Shown one piece after another: positions 53,571 to 64,000 of a stretch of DNA of 64,000 nt (position 1 is the stretch's first letter; every line of letters begins with the position of its first letter). The DNA comes from Nitrosopumilus sp. (GTDB lineage: Archaea; Thermoproteota; Nitrososphaeria; Nitrososphaerales; Nitrosopumilaceae), in assembly GCA_965214775.1 (NCBI GenBank), contig OZ243974.1:1184001-1248000 (forward strand). The letters are read 5' to 3'. A model generated the notes under the pieces. The model saw only the letters and a list, made by a program, of their open reading frames with translations. It did not search any database and was not told where the DNA came from. A program made the position numbers and the translations under genes.

Positions 53571-53638
53571 TGGTATTCAGAGCATATCTTGAAATAATAT
53601 CTTTTCTGTTGCCATCGGGATTGGTGGCGATGGTGCGA

Positions 53639-54691
53639 TGTCTTATACAGAAATTAGGTCCGCCTAAGATAAGGCGTACGATCGCTGACTATTTCAGGCT
53701 GTACCGATCAGATAAAGACATGACAAGAAAGATGTCGGACAAAGAGATCAGGTATATCGTCAAGGGACGTAATGCCGGAAAGAGCGCCACGTCGCTGGCC
53801 CGTGACATGAAGGTGACGCCACGGCACGTGAGGAGGATTTACGCCAGGTACCGCCGGACCGGAAAGATGCATGTGCAACAAAAGGCTGGAAGAAAGGCCG
53901 CACCGCAGCCCGCGGCAGGCCAGGTGCAGGCAGTCTTGGACATGCACTGTATAGAGCACGTGGGCGTGATGCGCACTGCCATGCGCCTGCAGGATGCAGG
54001 TCACATTATAAGCTACAACAGCGTATATCGGATAATGAAGGAGCAGGGACTCGTTGCCGCATCAGATACCAAGTCGGGCCAAAAGAAATGGCTGCGCTAT
54101 GAGCGCAAGTACTCCAACGCAATGTGGCACGTGGACTGGCACGAAATGAAGGATCCACGCCTGAGAGGGCTCAAATTAGTCACGTTTTTGGACGATTCCT
54201 CCCGGTGTGTCACGGCGGCACGGACGTTTGCAGATGCCACATCAGAAAACGTGGTGATAACACTCAGGGAGGCCATAGGCAGGTTTGGCAAGCCGGCCAC
54301 CATACTGTCTGACAACGGCAGGTGTTTCAACGGCGGCCGCAGCAAGAAGAACATGCCACGCGGGACGTGGACGCCGACTGCCTTTGAGGCCGAGCTGCTG
54401 GATCGGGGCATCGGGCTGATAAACTCCAGGCCGTACCATCCGGAGACCAACGGCAAGTTGGAACGGTTCCACGGCAGCATAGAGGCTGAGATCCGCCACT
54501 ATGAGAGCTTGGATGCATACATCAAGTATTACAACGAGCGCAGGCTACACTTTGGGCTGGACATAGCCCACCGCCAGACACCCATCATGGCGTTCTCGGA
54601 CAAAACTGCCACAGAAGCGATCAGGAAATCCGACCCAAAATGGATGGAGAGGGACATCAATGAATAGCGGACATTATTTCCATATAACACA
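53639..54691 (+). mobile_element. IS481-family element b (transposase 53720-54667), 14-15-bp TSD
   Basis: TGT...ACA ends; tggcgatggtgcga on both sides. Confidence 0.92.
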
Positions 54692-54726
54692 ATGGCGATG
54701 GTGCGACATAATTTTCATATAATACA

Positions 54727-56025
54727 CCTGGAAAGCTCCATGTATGTAAGCGGCGCAAGCGTCTTGATTTTATCTATCTTCCTGTAGAATTCCAGCAGCA
54801 AGTCATACCTTTTCTCATCATCGCCTTCGGGCATCTTTACTGCAAGCTTTTCTGCATACGCCAGAAGGTGCCTCCAACACCTCTGGATTGTCACAAAGAA
54901 CAGCTTGTACTGGGCCAGCCCGTCTACGACTATGGGAGTCCTGGGATCCAGCCATCCAAAGTATTCGTGCAGTACCTCGGAGGACCGGGAATCTGCAAAT
55001 ACCACAAAGCACGCCCCCGCACAGTTGAGCACCCAGACGTATCCCATGTGTCCGTCGCCGCGCTTAAAGTCGGTCTCGTCCATCTGTATCCACGGCCTGC
55101 CCGCAATGAATGACTGTATGCGTTGTATCGTGTTTTATTGAATCGCCTCTGCCATTGCGTGCCGGGCGGCAGTCACGGCATTTGGGGCCATCTTGAATCC
55201 AAACATAAACTGAAAGTACTCTGCAATGTCCTCGTCTATGTTTCCCTTCTCAAAGAACATCATGATTAGAGAGAGTGAGACGGGCCCAAGTGACGTGCCG
55301 CTTAGAAACGGGGTAGCTGCGACATGCACGGTATTGCACTGTGGACACATCGCGTTTTGGATGATGGCATTGGCAGTGAGCATGCGCATGGAGTCATCCA
55401 GGTCGTTTACAAGCTTGTGGATCGGCTTGAGCATCCGTAACTGGATGTTGCACCTTGGGCATATTTTGGAGCCAAGATCGTACCTTAATGTCATGGATGG
55501 CCGGTTGCCGTGCGATGTACCATGGTGTCCGCATGGAGGGCCGCGTTTCTTGCCCCGAGCAGCATCGCCGGGACTGCCTCCGGGATCCTCGCCCCTTTTC
55601 TCCCTGAACTTTCTTCTGGCGTTATTGTATAATGACGGCGTGGACGTGGGCATGTTGGGACTCTCATACATGGCAAGCTTTGCCCGGAGCTCGGAGTTCT
55701 CCTTTTTGATGTCAGAGTTCTCCTTTTCCAGCTCGGAGATCTTCTCATCCCGCTCCTTGATCATGACAAGTGCCTTTGCAGGATCCATATGGTGTGCAGG
55801 CGTAGATTTGGAGTCCATGTGTTACATCAAACAGGCAAGATCAAAAAAGATTTCCATCGAAATTCTTTGACTAGGATGCCGATAATGGATCACCCCAGCA
55901 AATTCCAATCCTGCAATGACTGCTCACAAATCTCTGATGCTCAGCCATGTCTGCAAGGCCATCTGATCATAATATGCTGCCCAGAAAAGTTGGCTTGTCA
56001 GTATAAAAAGGACCTGATGTTGTAC
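54727..56025 (-). mobile_element. IS66-family element, 5' part (in-frame TAA at 55135)
   Basis: Coiled coil, CPRC...CPQC, MDET, VVDG, QRCWRHL; continues at 44653 through MELSR. Confidence 0.9.
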
Positions 56026-56032
56026 CTTACAT

Positions 56033-56620
56033 TTAATTGGCATGGTCTGCCGCTGTCGCTGCTGCAAGGAAGACAAAGTCGTTGTCTGCGCTTTTTAGGG
56101 GGGGCTGCCGCGAATCCTTTTCGGAGAGTATCGGCTCGGTAGCAGGCCAGTCAATCCCAATATCAGGATCATTCCACAGTATTCCGCGATCATTTTCAGG
56201 AGAGTACTCGTTGCTCACCTTGTAGGTGACGTCTGCTGTTTCGCTCATCACGCAAAAGCCATGGGCAAACCCCTCCGGGACATAAAGAAGCATGTGGTTT
56301 TGCTCGGACAGTATCTCCCCCACCCATCTTCCGTAAGTCGGCGAGTTTTTGCGGATATCCACTGCGACATCAAAGATCTCCCCCTTGACGGCCATTACGA
56401 GTTTTGCCTGCGCCATGGGATCTTTTTGGTAGTGCAGTCCCCTCAGCGTGCCCTTGGCAGAACGGGAATGGCTGTCCTGGACAAACTTTGTCCCTATCCC
56501 GTTTCTGACAAATTCGGATTCCTTGTAACTCTCCAGAAAGAATCCACGATCATCAGGAAAGGATTTGGCGCCTATGAGGAGCACGTCGGGGATCTCTAAT
56601 GTCTTAAAGGAGAACGGCAA
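56033..56620 (-). CDS. rmlC: dTDP-4-dehydrorhamnose 3,5-epimerase
   Basis: DDRGFFLE, LRGLHYQ, DVAVDIRKNSPTYG, GFAHGF. Confidence 0.95.
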   Translation of the reverse strand: MPFSFKTLEIPDVLLIGAKSFPDDRGFFLESYKESEFVRNGIGTKFVQDSHSRSAKGTLRGLHYQKDPMAQAKLVMAVKGEIFDVAVDIRKNSPTYGRWVGEILSEQNHMLLYVPEGFAHGFCVMSETADVTYKVSNEYSPENDRGILWNDPDIGIDWPATEPILSEKDSRQPPLKSADNDFVFLAAATAADHAN

Positions 56621-57057
56621 TATACGTCAACGCAAATGACGCATATAATAATTTTTAAGATTAAAAAATTTGATTTTAAAATGGGCAGGTTTTGGAGTTT
56701 CTTGTATTGCAGTGCGCATAGTTGAAATCCGGACATTTTTTATCAAAATAGGCACGGCATATCAAAATTACGATCCATTTTTTTGATGTGCACACTAGGC
56801 GCAATATGGCAATGTTGTAATCCGTTATTTGGCAGACGTGCTATGGGGGTTGTCGCCTAATTCCACTTGTTTGGCTCAATCCGCACGTTTTTCTGAATTT
56901 CCGCCATTTTTGCACGCCTGATCCACTGACATCTCAGTGGTTTTCAGGAATTCTGATGAATTAGGCGACAGCCCCCGTGCTATGAGAGAAAAGTTGGGCG
57001 ATCCCGTCTGAAAGAATTGTCCTTTGACATATATTGACTATAAACGGATCCAGATCA

Positions 57058-57240
57058 TGAGAACAGGGGATCGTCTGCCCTGTACCGGGGAGCGTTTTTT
57101 TCTGCCTTGGCCGGATATGGGAAAAACCCGTTACGAACACTTGCATCGTTATTATCCTGATCAATCTGTTGCAAATGGCAGGTCGGCACCGCCGGATGAT
57201 CTGGGACGTGACAAAGGTTGTGGATGCAGTATGCACTCAC
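57058..57240 (+). pseudogene. Remnant of a SAM-dependent methyltransferase
   Basis: TGERF...YEHLHRY...GCG signature, degraded. Confidence 0.5.
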
Positions 57241-57346
57241 AATCTGCCGGCACTGCAACCGGAACCGGCATTGCTAGGCAAGCAGCTGAACATGCAACAG
57301 CAAATTGCAAAAGCAAAGAATTCGTTAGAGGAGGCACGACGGCCTG

Positions 57347-58297
57347 ATGACAAAAAAGCTGTTGGTTTTTGGCGCAAGCGGACTGACCGGATATAAGATC
57401 GCAAGCCTTGCATCTGGGCAATACGACGTTCTTGGAACATATAACGCCAGAGCAACTCGGATTGAAAACTGCCATACAAAGAAAGTGGATGTTACCAACG
57501 AGGACGAGTTGGGGGATCTTTTCTCTGCGTTTCAGCCTGACTTTGTGATCAACACCACTGCGTTACACGATGTTGATTTTTGCGAGGACAACCCGTCCCG
57601 GGCGTTTTCTGTGAACAGCAAAGCTGTCAGACTAGTGAAAAAAAACTGTGACAAGCATAACTCCAAGCTTGTGCACATCTCAACTGACTATGTATTTGAC
57701 GGGAACAGCAGCTTTCCGTATTCTGAAAATGACGTTCCTGTACCGGTGAGCAAGTACGGCGAGTCAAAACTGTCCGGCGAAAAAATACTGGAAGACTCAC
57801 ATTATGTGATTCTGCGTCCCAGCGTGGTCTATGGGTGGACCCCCCTAGAGCTGTCCGGGGCCGCCTCTAGTTCGGGCAAACCAATGAATTTTGCAATGTG
57901 GCTGCTAATGAAACTGAACGGTGGCGAACCGCTAAACATTGTGACTGACCAGTTTGCCACGGCGACTCTGGCTGACTCTTTGGCCGACGCTTCTCTGAAA
58001 CTCGTAGACACCGAGGCCAGCGGCATTTTTCATGTAGCGGGAACCTCATGTGAGAGCAGATTTGATTTTAGCGCAAAGTTTGCAAAAGAGTTTGGCTTTG
58101 ATCCGGGTCTTATCCGTCCTGCCGCCTCTTCACAACTCAAACAAAGGGCAAAAAGGCCCTCGTTTTCCTGCCTGAACTGCAGCAAGGCGACAGAAAAATT
58201 CGGTTTGAAACTTCTTAGCACCGAAGAGTCTCTAAAAATAATGAAAAGGCAGGTGCTCTCCGAGTCCCCAAACCTGCTTCCAAATACTGATAAATGA
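57347..58297 (+). CDS. rmlD: dTDP-4-dehydrorhamnose reductase family
   Basis: GASGLTG, HISTDYVFDG, YGESKLSGE, RPSFSCL. Confidence 0.88.
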   Translation: MTKKLLVFGASGLTGYKIASLASGQYDVLGTYNARATRIENCHTKKVDVTNEDELGDLFSAFQPDFVINTTALHDVDFCEDNPSRAFSVNSKAVRLVKKNCDKHNSKLVHISTDYVFDGNSSFPYSENDVPVPVSKYGESKLSGEKILEDSHYVILRPSVVYGWTPLELSGAASSSGKPMNFAMWLLMKLNGGEPLNIVTDQFATATLADSLADASLKLVDTEASGIFHVAGTSCESRFDFSAKFAKEFGFDPGLIRPAASSQLKQRAKRPSFSCLNCSKATEKFGLKLLSTEESLKIMKRQVLSESPNLLPNTDK

Positions 58298-58355
58298 AAT
58301 AAATGGTTCCTCCACCATTTGAATGACGTACGGAAACATCGTATTTTTACGCCCT

Positions 58356-59228
58356 AGGAACTGATTCGAAACTATAGTGACGAGCAAAAATTCTTCAACA
58401 TATGTGGGCATAAACCATGCAGGGAGGTGCTTTCTGTTGTTGAAGAACTTGTGCTTTTCACTATAGCAAACTCATTATTTGTAAACAAATTTGCAGAGCG
58501 GCTCAAAACGCCAACAAAATACAAGTTATCTGTGAAATTACTTGAAAAATTCGCACGGTTTCTAATTTCGGATCACCTCTCTGGGGCGTCACTGTTGTCT
58601 GGAGCATTTATGATTACGCCTGCCGCGCCGTATCTCTGGGGAGGGGAGGGGGGGGGTTGTCGCCTAATTCCACCTGTCGGACTCAATCCGCACGTTTTTC
58701 TGAATCTCCGCCATTTTTGCGCGCCTAGTCCGGATAACATCGTATGATTTTCAGAAATTCTGATGAATTAGGCGACAACCCCCTGGGGAGGGGTAAACTC
58801 CTACGTGGTGGTGGTGGTGGTGGGCCAAGCCGGTGGAGTGGCGACTCCGTCACTCTGACCCAATTTCCTTGACGATCTTGATGAACTTTTTGGCGGCCAC
58901 GACGTTGTCCCAGCTGTCCTGCACGAGTCTGCGTCCCTGCCTGCCCATGTCCCGCGCCCTTTCTGCGTTGTCTATAGTGTCAAACGAAAATTCTTCACAT
59001 ATGGGTATGAACTACGCAGGAAAACGCTTTCTGTTTTTGAAGAACTTTTAATCGCAACTATAGCAGCAGCGTGATCCACTATCCATCCCAGAGAGATGAT
59101 CCGAAATTAGAAACCGTACAAATTTTTCAAGTAATTTCACAGATACTTGCGTTTTGTTGGCGTTTTGAGCTGATTTATGCAGATTCGTCCACAAATAATC
59201 AGAGTCTTCTAATTTCGAATCAACTCTG
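58356..59228. mobile_element. Nested MITE cluster (families B, C, D and TAGTG-ended) around a GT4 fragment
   Basis: Several TIR pairs shared with other loci in the window. Confidence 0.65.
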
Positions 59229-59281
59229 CCACGCAAGCTGGGATCAACAGCAATATATCAAGTACGTAGGGGACAGTACCC

Positions 59282-60826
59282 ATGAGGTGGAGGTTACCCG
59301 TTCTCGTCTTTGCGTTCCTGTTCCTGATAAACCTGTCCGTCAGCCACGGGGCCCCCGACGTGACAGACGGCAAGAAGGCGTTCCTTTACGCGGAGAATCT
59401 GGCGTTGAACGGAAGGCTGGGCCTTGCGCTGGGTCTGCCGTCGGCAGAGACTGAGGTCTTTCCATCCCACAGCATAAGGAGCATGGAGGAGTCGCTGTGG
59501 ATAGTGGCAGACAGATCCTACGGCATCCTGAAGCCTGAGGGAATCACCAAGGAGGAGTACATGGAGGCGTTCATGAAGCAAAACCGCGACGAGTTCTACA
59601 AGCAGATGCCGCTGGCCCTGCCGGTGCTGGCAGCGCCCCTGTATGTAGTAGCCGAGGCCGTCGGCGCGGTGCCCATCGAGTTCGTTCCTCTCTACCTGAA
59701 CTCGGTCATAATCGCCGTCTTCGGGGTGGTGCTTTTTGCAATGGGACGGGAGATGTTCGGCTCAGACAGGGTCGGATTCGTCATGGCGCTTCTGCTGGGC
59801 CTGACCACGTTCATATGGCCATACGTCTCGAGCATGTTTTCTAGGCCGCTTGCCATTATGTTGCTGTTCCTCGGCCTGTACCTGATTTTGTACTGCAAGA
59901 ACAGGCCGGGCCTCCTGCTTCCTGTCCTGGCAGGCGCCGCCATCGGGTTCTCGTATATAGCGCACCCCAACCTGCTCACCCTGGCACCGGCCGCCTTGGC
60001 CTTTGGCATACTCCGGTTCAGGAGGAACAGGAGGCAGATCATCGCCCTCATCCTGGTCTCCATTGTAATGATCGGCTTCATGGCCCTCCTGAACCAGTAC
60101 AGGTTCGGCGCCGTCGACGCGTTTGGCTGGCATGCAAAGCCGATACAGCACCATGCCGGCAATATTGCCGCCGTCGACATTCGTCCAGGCGGGTTTGTAG
60201 ACCTGCTGATCAGCCCCAGTGACAGCGTGTTCCTATACGTCCCGCTGATAGTGCTGCATCCGTTAGGCCTGTACTACGTCTACAGGAGGGACAGGGCCCT
60301 TGCGCTACTCTTGGCATATGTCACCGTGGTGACGTACATGGCCACGGCCAACGTGCTTGCGTGGAACACGCTAGGAAACGGTTGGGGGCCCCACAGGTAC
60401 CTGCTTCCCATGGTTCCGGGTATAGTGGTCTCTGCCGGGGCCGTAGTCGCAAGACACTCGCACTCGTTAAAGGCGGTGATACCGGTGGCAACCCTTGCAT
60501 GCGTAGGCTTTTACGTAAACCTGCACGGCGCCCTGGTATTCTTCCTCTGGTACAGTTCGTACCTGACCGGGGAGCTCGGCGTGACCGACGTAGTTTCTGC
60601 GATACGCAGACTCGAGCACTCTGTCATACCCATAACCCAGAGGATCATAGAGGAGGGGTACATCCACTCGCATACGGGATGCCACATTACGCCCTACTAT
60701 TACTGCGAGTATGGTGTCTGGGCCGTCGCCGCCCTTGCCGCACTGATCGCCATTTCGGGATTCATGATACTGCACTTGTTGGGGATCCGGACTCCGCGGC
60801 AGGCAGGGCGCGGAACCGTCGCGTAA
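59282..60826 (+). CDS. Multi-pass membrane protein, GT-C/PMT-like
   Basis: More than 10 TM segments; WGPHRYLLP motif. Confidence 0.7.
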   Translation: MRWRLPVLVFAFLFLINLSVSHGAPDVTDGKKAFLYAENLALNGRLGLALGLPSAETEVFPSHSIRSMEESLWIVADRSYGILKPEGITKEEYMEAFMKQNRDEFYKQMPLALPVLAAPLYVVAEAVGAVPIEFVPLYLNSVIIAVFGVVLFAMGREMFGSDRVGFVMALLLGLTTFIWPYVSSMFSRPLAIMLLFLGLYLILYCKNRPGLLLPVLAGAAIGFSYIAHPNLLTLAPAALAFGILRFRRNRRQIIALILVSIVMIGFMALLNQYRFGAVDAFGWHAKPIQHHAGNIAAVDIRPGGFVDLLISPSDSVFLYVPLIVLHPLGLYYVYRRDRALALLLAYVTVVTYMATANVLAWNTLGNGWGPHRYLLPMVPGIVVSAGAVVARHSHSLKAVIPVATLACVGFYVNLHGALVFFLWYSSYLTGELGVTDVVSAIRRLEHSVIPITQRIIEEGYIHSHTGCHITPYYYCEYGVWAVAALAALIAISGFMILHLLGIRTPRQAGRGTVA

Positions 60827-60842
60827 TTTTGCACACCACCAT

Positions 60843-60955
60843 GGTAACAGGTCGGGCTCTGGAAGTTCAGGCATGAATTTTGTCACTAATGAATGCCGAT
60901 CAAACAGAATTTGTGCCTAAAATCAGAAGCGACTTCCAGAACCCGATCAGTTACC
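60843..60955. mobile_element. MITE (GGTAAC...GTTACC)
   Basis: TIRs; homolog of 17904-18014. Confidence 0.7.
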
Positions 60956-62329
60956 TGATCTCCCGTATCATCTCGATTGTCAGTTCCTGCAACAATCCCC
61001 TTGCCTCTGACATGACGTAAAAAAACCGCGCTGCTTTAAAGCCCGAAAAAGATGGGCGGGGAGTATTCGTCACAGAGGATCCGGCCTTGCCGGTGGCCGG
61101 CCGCACTGCGTATAATTGAAAATCGAACACCCTTTTGTCGAAATGGGCATGGCATGTTAAAATTATGTTCCAATCTTTGATGTGCATGCTACGGACATGA
61201 GGGCCACAGCTGCATGAGGGCCAGGCATAATATTCGATTGTGTAAGGCATTTTGTGCAGGATTGGGGGACGTACTTGCAGGCAATTCAAGTGTGTGATGT
61301 CTGTGCCAAATAACCGATCATAGTTTTGACATATCGTGCCTGTCTAGATAAGAAATAATCCGTTTTCAACTGTGCGCACTATGGTCGTACGAGTTTACCC
61401 CTTAGGCGTCACTGGTGTCTGGAGCCTTCATGATCACGCCTGCCACATCGTATCTCAGGTGAGGGGTAAACTCGTACCTATGGTCACAGTTTATGACGTC
61501 AGTAGTTCCCAGATGTACTTTTGAAGGCACGATAATTACGTAATTTGCCGAGATTTTTTGACCATTACGATCTTAGATCAGAAGGTGTGTCAAACATCAT
61601 CATGATGATACCAACACAAAACGATGTGTTTGCACACCAGTATGACATAGCATCACGACAGTTTAAAACATTGCGACGGCGGTTCCACAAGCTCGAAATG
61701 GCAGTCTCAAAGAGTCACAACGCGGTGTACGGCCATGCCGACGTACTGCGCGTGCTAAGCCTCATGTCTGATAGGAAGATGTTTTTCAGGTCTGCCGTGA
61801 CGCATCTTCGCAGGAAGGCCTCAAAATACCGCAGGCAGCAGCAGCATGACGGCGGGACTGCTACTACTACTACTGCTGCTGCTGCTGCTACCTTCTCCAA
61901 GAAGGGCGGCGCATACAGCTCCCGTACGCCCCACCCGGAGTGGATCTTAAAGACCATCCGGAGCGTCAGCCCGGATCGGATGCAAAGGTGGTGCAACTCC
62001 ATGCTACAGCACACGGTAAGAAACGGCCGCAGGTCCGGCATGTTACACAACACGGACGTAGTGGCAGTGGATGTCACCGACGTCGAATACTATGGCAAGG
62101 GCCTAAAGGACGTCGCCAGAAAGTCAAAGCCCAAGAACGGCACGTCTACTTTTCTCTCGCACATTACCGTGCACGGAGTAGGATCAGATGACGGCTCAGA
62201 CCTCGTGCTTTCCTCGCTGCAGCTTCCAAAAGATGCAAAACTGGCCGATTTCGTGCCTAAAATGATCCGCAAAGCGTCCAGATCAGGGACGAAGATCAGG
62301 ATGTTCCTGTATGACCGGGGATTCTTTAA

Positions 62330-63679
62330 CAGTAGACGGAAATGTACCCCCTTTAAATACGTCTGACAGACGACAGCGTAAAAAAATCTACCAAAAATGT
62401 AAACAAATCTAGATCACACAGATCAACTGTAAGGCGCCCCTACCCGCTATAGTGATTGGACAAAATAGCGGGCAAAAGCACCGCATCAACATGGGCAACA
62501 GGGTGCTTAATACCTTGGCAAACATCATAGGCGGCGGGGGCGAGATCAAGTTCTCCAAGCAGCATAACGCGCTATACGGACTGTCACAGTTTGTGATGAT
62601 CCTGGCATCCATGTGCAAATCAGGCCAGACTGCAACAGAGAGCGTGATAGAGTTTGAAGACAGCGAGAACCTGCCCACTGCCAGGTGGTTTCACGGAATG
62701 GTCCGAACCGCAGGCCTTGACGGAATAAGGAGGATCTGCGATGACCTGATGGATATTGCAATCAAGGCCGCCAAAAAGGGCGGCATTCACAGTAACGGCC
62801 CCGTCATGATTGCAATAGACAAGCACGAGATACCGCGGTATGACAAGGACAACATGAAGTATCTGATAAGATCAAAGCCCAAAAAGGGAACAAGCAAGTT
62901 CGAGGCGTATGCGACCATGCAGGCAGTCGACTCTCCTGTCAATGCCACGCTCGGATGCATTCCGCTCACAAGGGAGGACTTTGACGCCGATTTCGTGCGT
63001 AAATTTGTGAATATTCTCAGGAAATCAAACATAATGTACCGGCTCTTTCTGCTGGATCGGGAGTTCTACTCAGTTGACATAATGACAGAGATGTATCGCG
63101 CAGGAAAAAAGTTCCTGATGCCTGCAATCAAGAATGCCACAGTAAAGAATGCAATAGAGGCGGCACACGCAGCAGGCAAGACCAAGGGGAGCTGCGTGTC
63201 TGATTTTACCATTACAAACCGCAAAGGCAAGACCGCATCATTTAACCTGGTCATCGTGCCGTCTGCCATGCACGGGCAGGAGGGCAAGACAGTAGTGGAA
63301 CAGTACGTGGCATTTGCCACCAACCTCCCGTTCTCCAACGCACTGCACGAGATCGATACTGCCTCACCGGACTACCGGAAGAGGTGGGGCATAGAGACAG
63401 GATACAGGCAGATAGAGCAGATACGGGCCAAGACCATAAGCAGGAACCAGGACATCAGGCTGCTTGTATTTTTTGTGTCTGTCTTTGTGTACAACATGTG
63501 GGCCATCGAGCGCAACAGGGACGACATATGGTGTGCGAGAAGGGATCTTACGTTATTGCGGGTTTCATGCGCGCTTCTCATGGCTGCTAGAAGGAATCTT
63601 GCAGAATACGGGTTTGCCGGCCCGCCACTGCCGCCGTAGGGTCGAGGTGGCCTTTGGGGGGTTACATTTCCGTCTACTG
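62330..63679 (+). mobile_element. ISH3-like element (inner), 5-bp TSD TTTAA
   Basis: TIR CAGTAGACGGAAATGTA. Confidence 0.92.
62452..63639 (+). CDS. ISH3/IS4-superfamily DDE transposase
   Basis: IAID, LLDREFYS, YRKRWGIETGYR. Confidence 0.9.
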   Translation: MIGQNSGQKHRINMGNRVLNTLANIIGGGGEIKFSKQHNALYGLSQFVMILASMCKSGQTATESVIEFEDSENLPTARWFHGMVRTAGLDGIRRICDDLMDIAIKAAKKGGIHSNGPVMIAIDKHEIPRYDKDNMKYLIRSKPKKGTSKFEAYATMQAVDSPVNATLGCIPLTREDFDADFVRKFVNILRKSNIMYRLFLLDREFYSVDIMTEMYRAGKKFLMPAIKNATVKNAIEAAHAAGKTKGSCVSDFTITNRKGKTASFNLVIVPSAMHGQEGKTVVEQYVAFATNLPFSNALHEIDTASPDYRKRWGIETGYRQIEQIRAKTISRNQDIRLLVFFVSVFVYNMWAIERNRDDIWCARRDLTLLRVSCALLMAARRNLAEYGFAGPPLPP

Positions 63680-64000
63680 TTTAATGTCAACTGCATGGTG
63701 GCTGCAGGCAAAAGCCAGGGCTTCTACGTCATGCCTGCCGCCAAGAACAAGAGGATAAAGGCGGCAATAGAGGAGCACCACCATAAAAAGCGCGACGCGA
63801 TATCTGACTATACCATGACTAACAAGGAGGGCAAAAACGTCACGTTCAGGCTGGTCATTGTAAAAAAGGAGGAGGAAGACGAAAATGAAAATGAAAATGA
63901 AAACAATGACACAGCAAAAGAGGAATGCACAGAAAAAAAGAAGGAAAAGAAAAAAGAAACGGCAGACGAATACCTGGTCTTTGCCACCAACATGCCTGCC

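Larger units (their letters stand above)
61500..64000 (+). mobile_element. ISH3-like element (outer), interrupted and truncated by the window end
   Basis: CAGTAG end; VAVDVT, LYDRGFFN, resumes after 63684 (MPAAKN...LVFATN). Confidence 0.8.

Noticed and set aside
43837-56025. 8-bp TSD for the IS66
   Set aside because: Flanks ggttcccc and cttacatt do not match
1-64000. Diversity-generating retroelement, retron or rRNA
   Set aside because: No reverse transcriptase motifs, adenine-specific TR/VR pair or rRNA signatures seen

Overview
Archaeal, probably Nitrosopumilaceae/thaumarchaeal DNA (inferred from the 'PPLKQ...C...SPACV' surface-protein motif and the archaeal-type genes and IS families). 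The window is a surface-glycan locus heavily disrupted by mobile DNA. Glycan genes: a >1846-aa multi-domain glycosyltransferase with a 42-bp coiled-coil tandem repeat, a Wzm/Wzt exporter, GDP-heptose genes, rmlA/C/D, a sulfotransferase, GT2/GT4 enzymes and GT-C/LamG fusions. Mobile DNA: IS630, IS481, IS66, ISH3-like and IS110 elements or remnants, often nested, plus several MITE families. Three larger structures emerge. (1) A ~12.2-kb tyrosine-integrase element (30184-42415) inserted into a tRNA-like gene; the displaced native 3' end lies beside the integrase. (2) Inside it, two paralogous modules of AbrB-like gene + 9-bp-periodic repeat array + conserved non-coding block with an oriT-like TATCCTG motif. 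(3) A ~10-kb IS481-bounded composite unit (44654-54726) that splits an IS66 and has a 15-bp target duplication. All calls come from manual reading; no database searches were run, and MITE coordinates are approximate.
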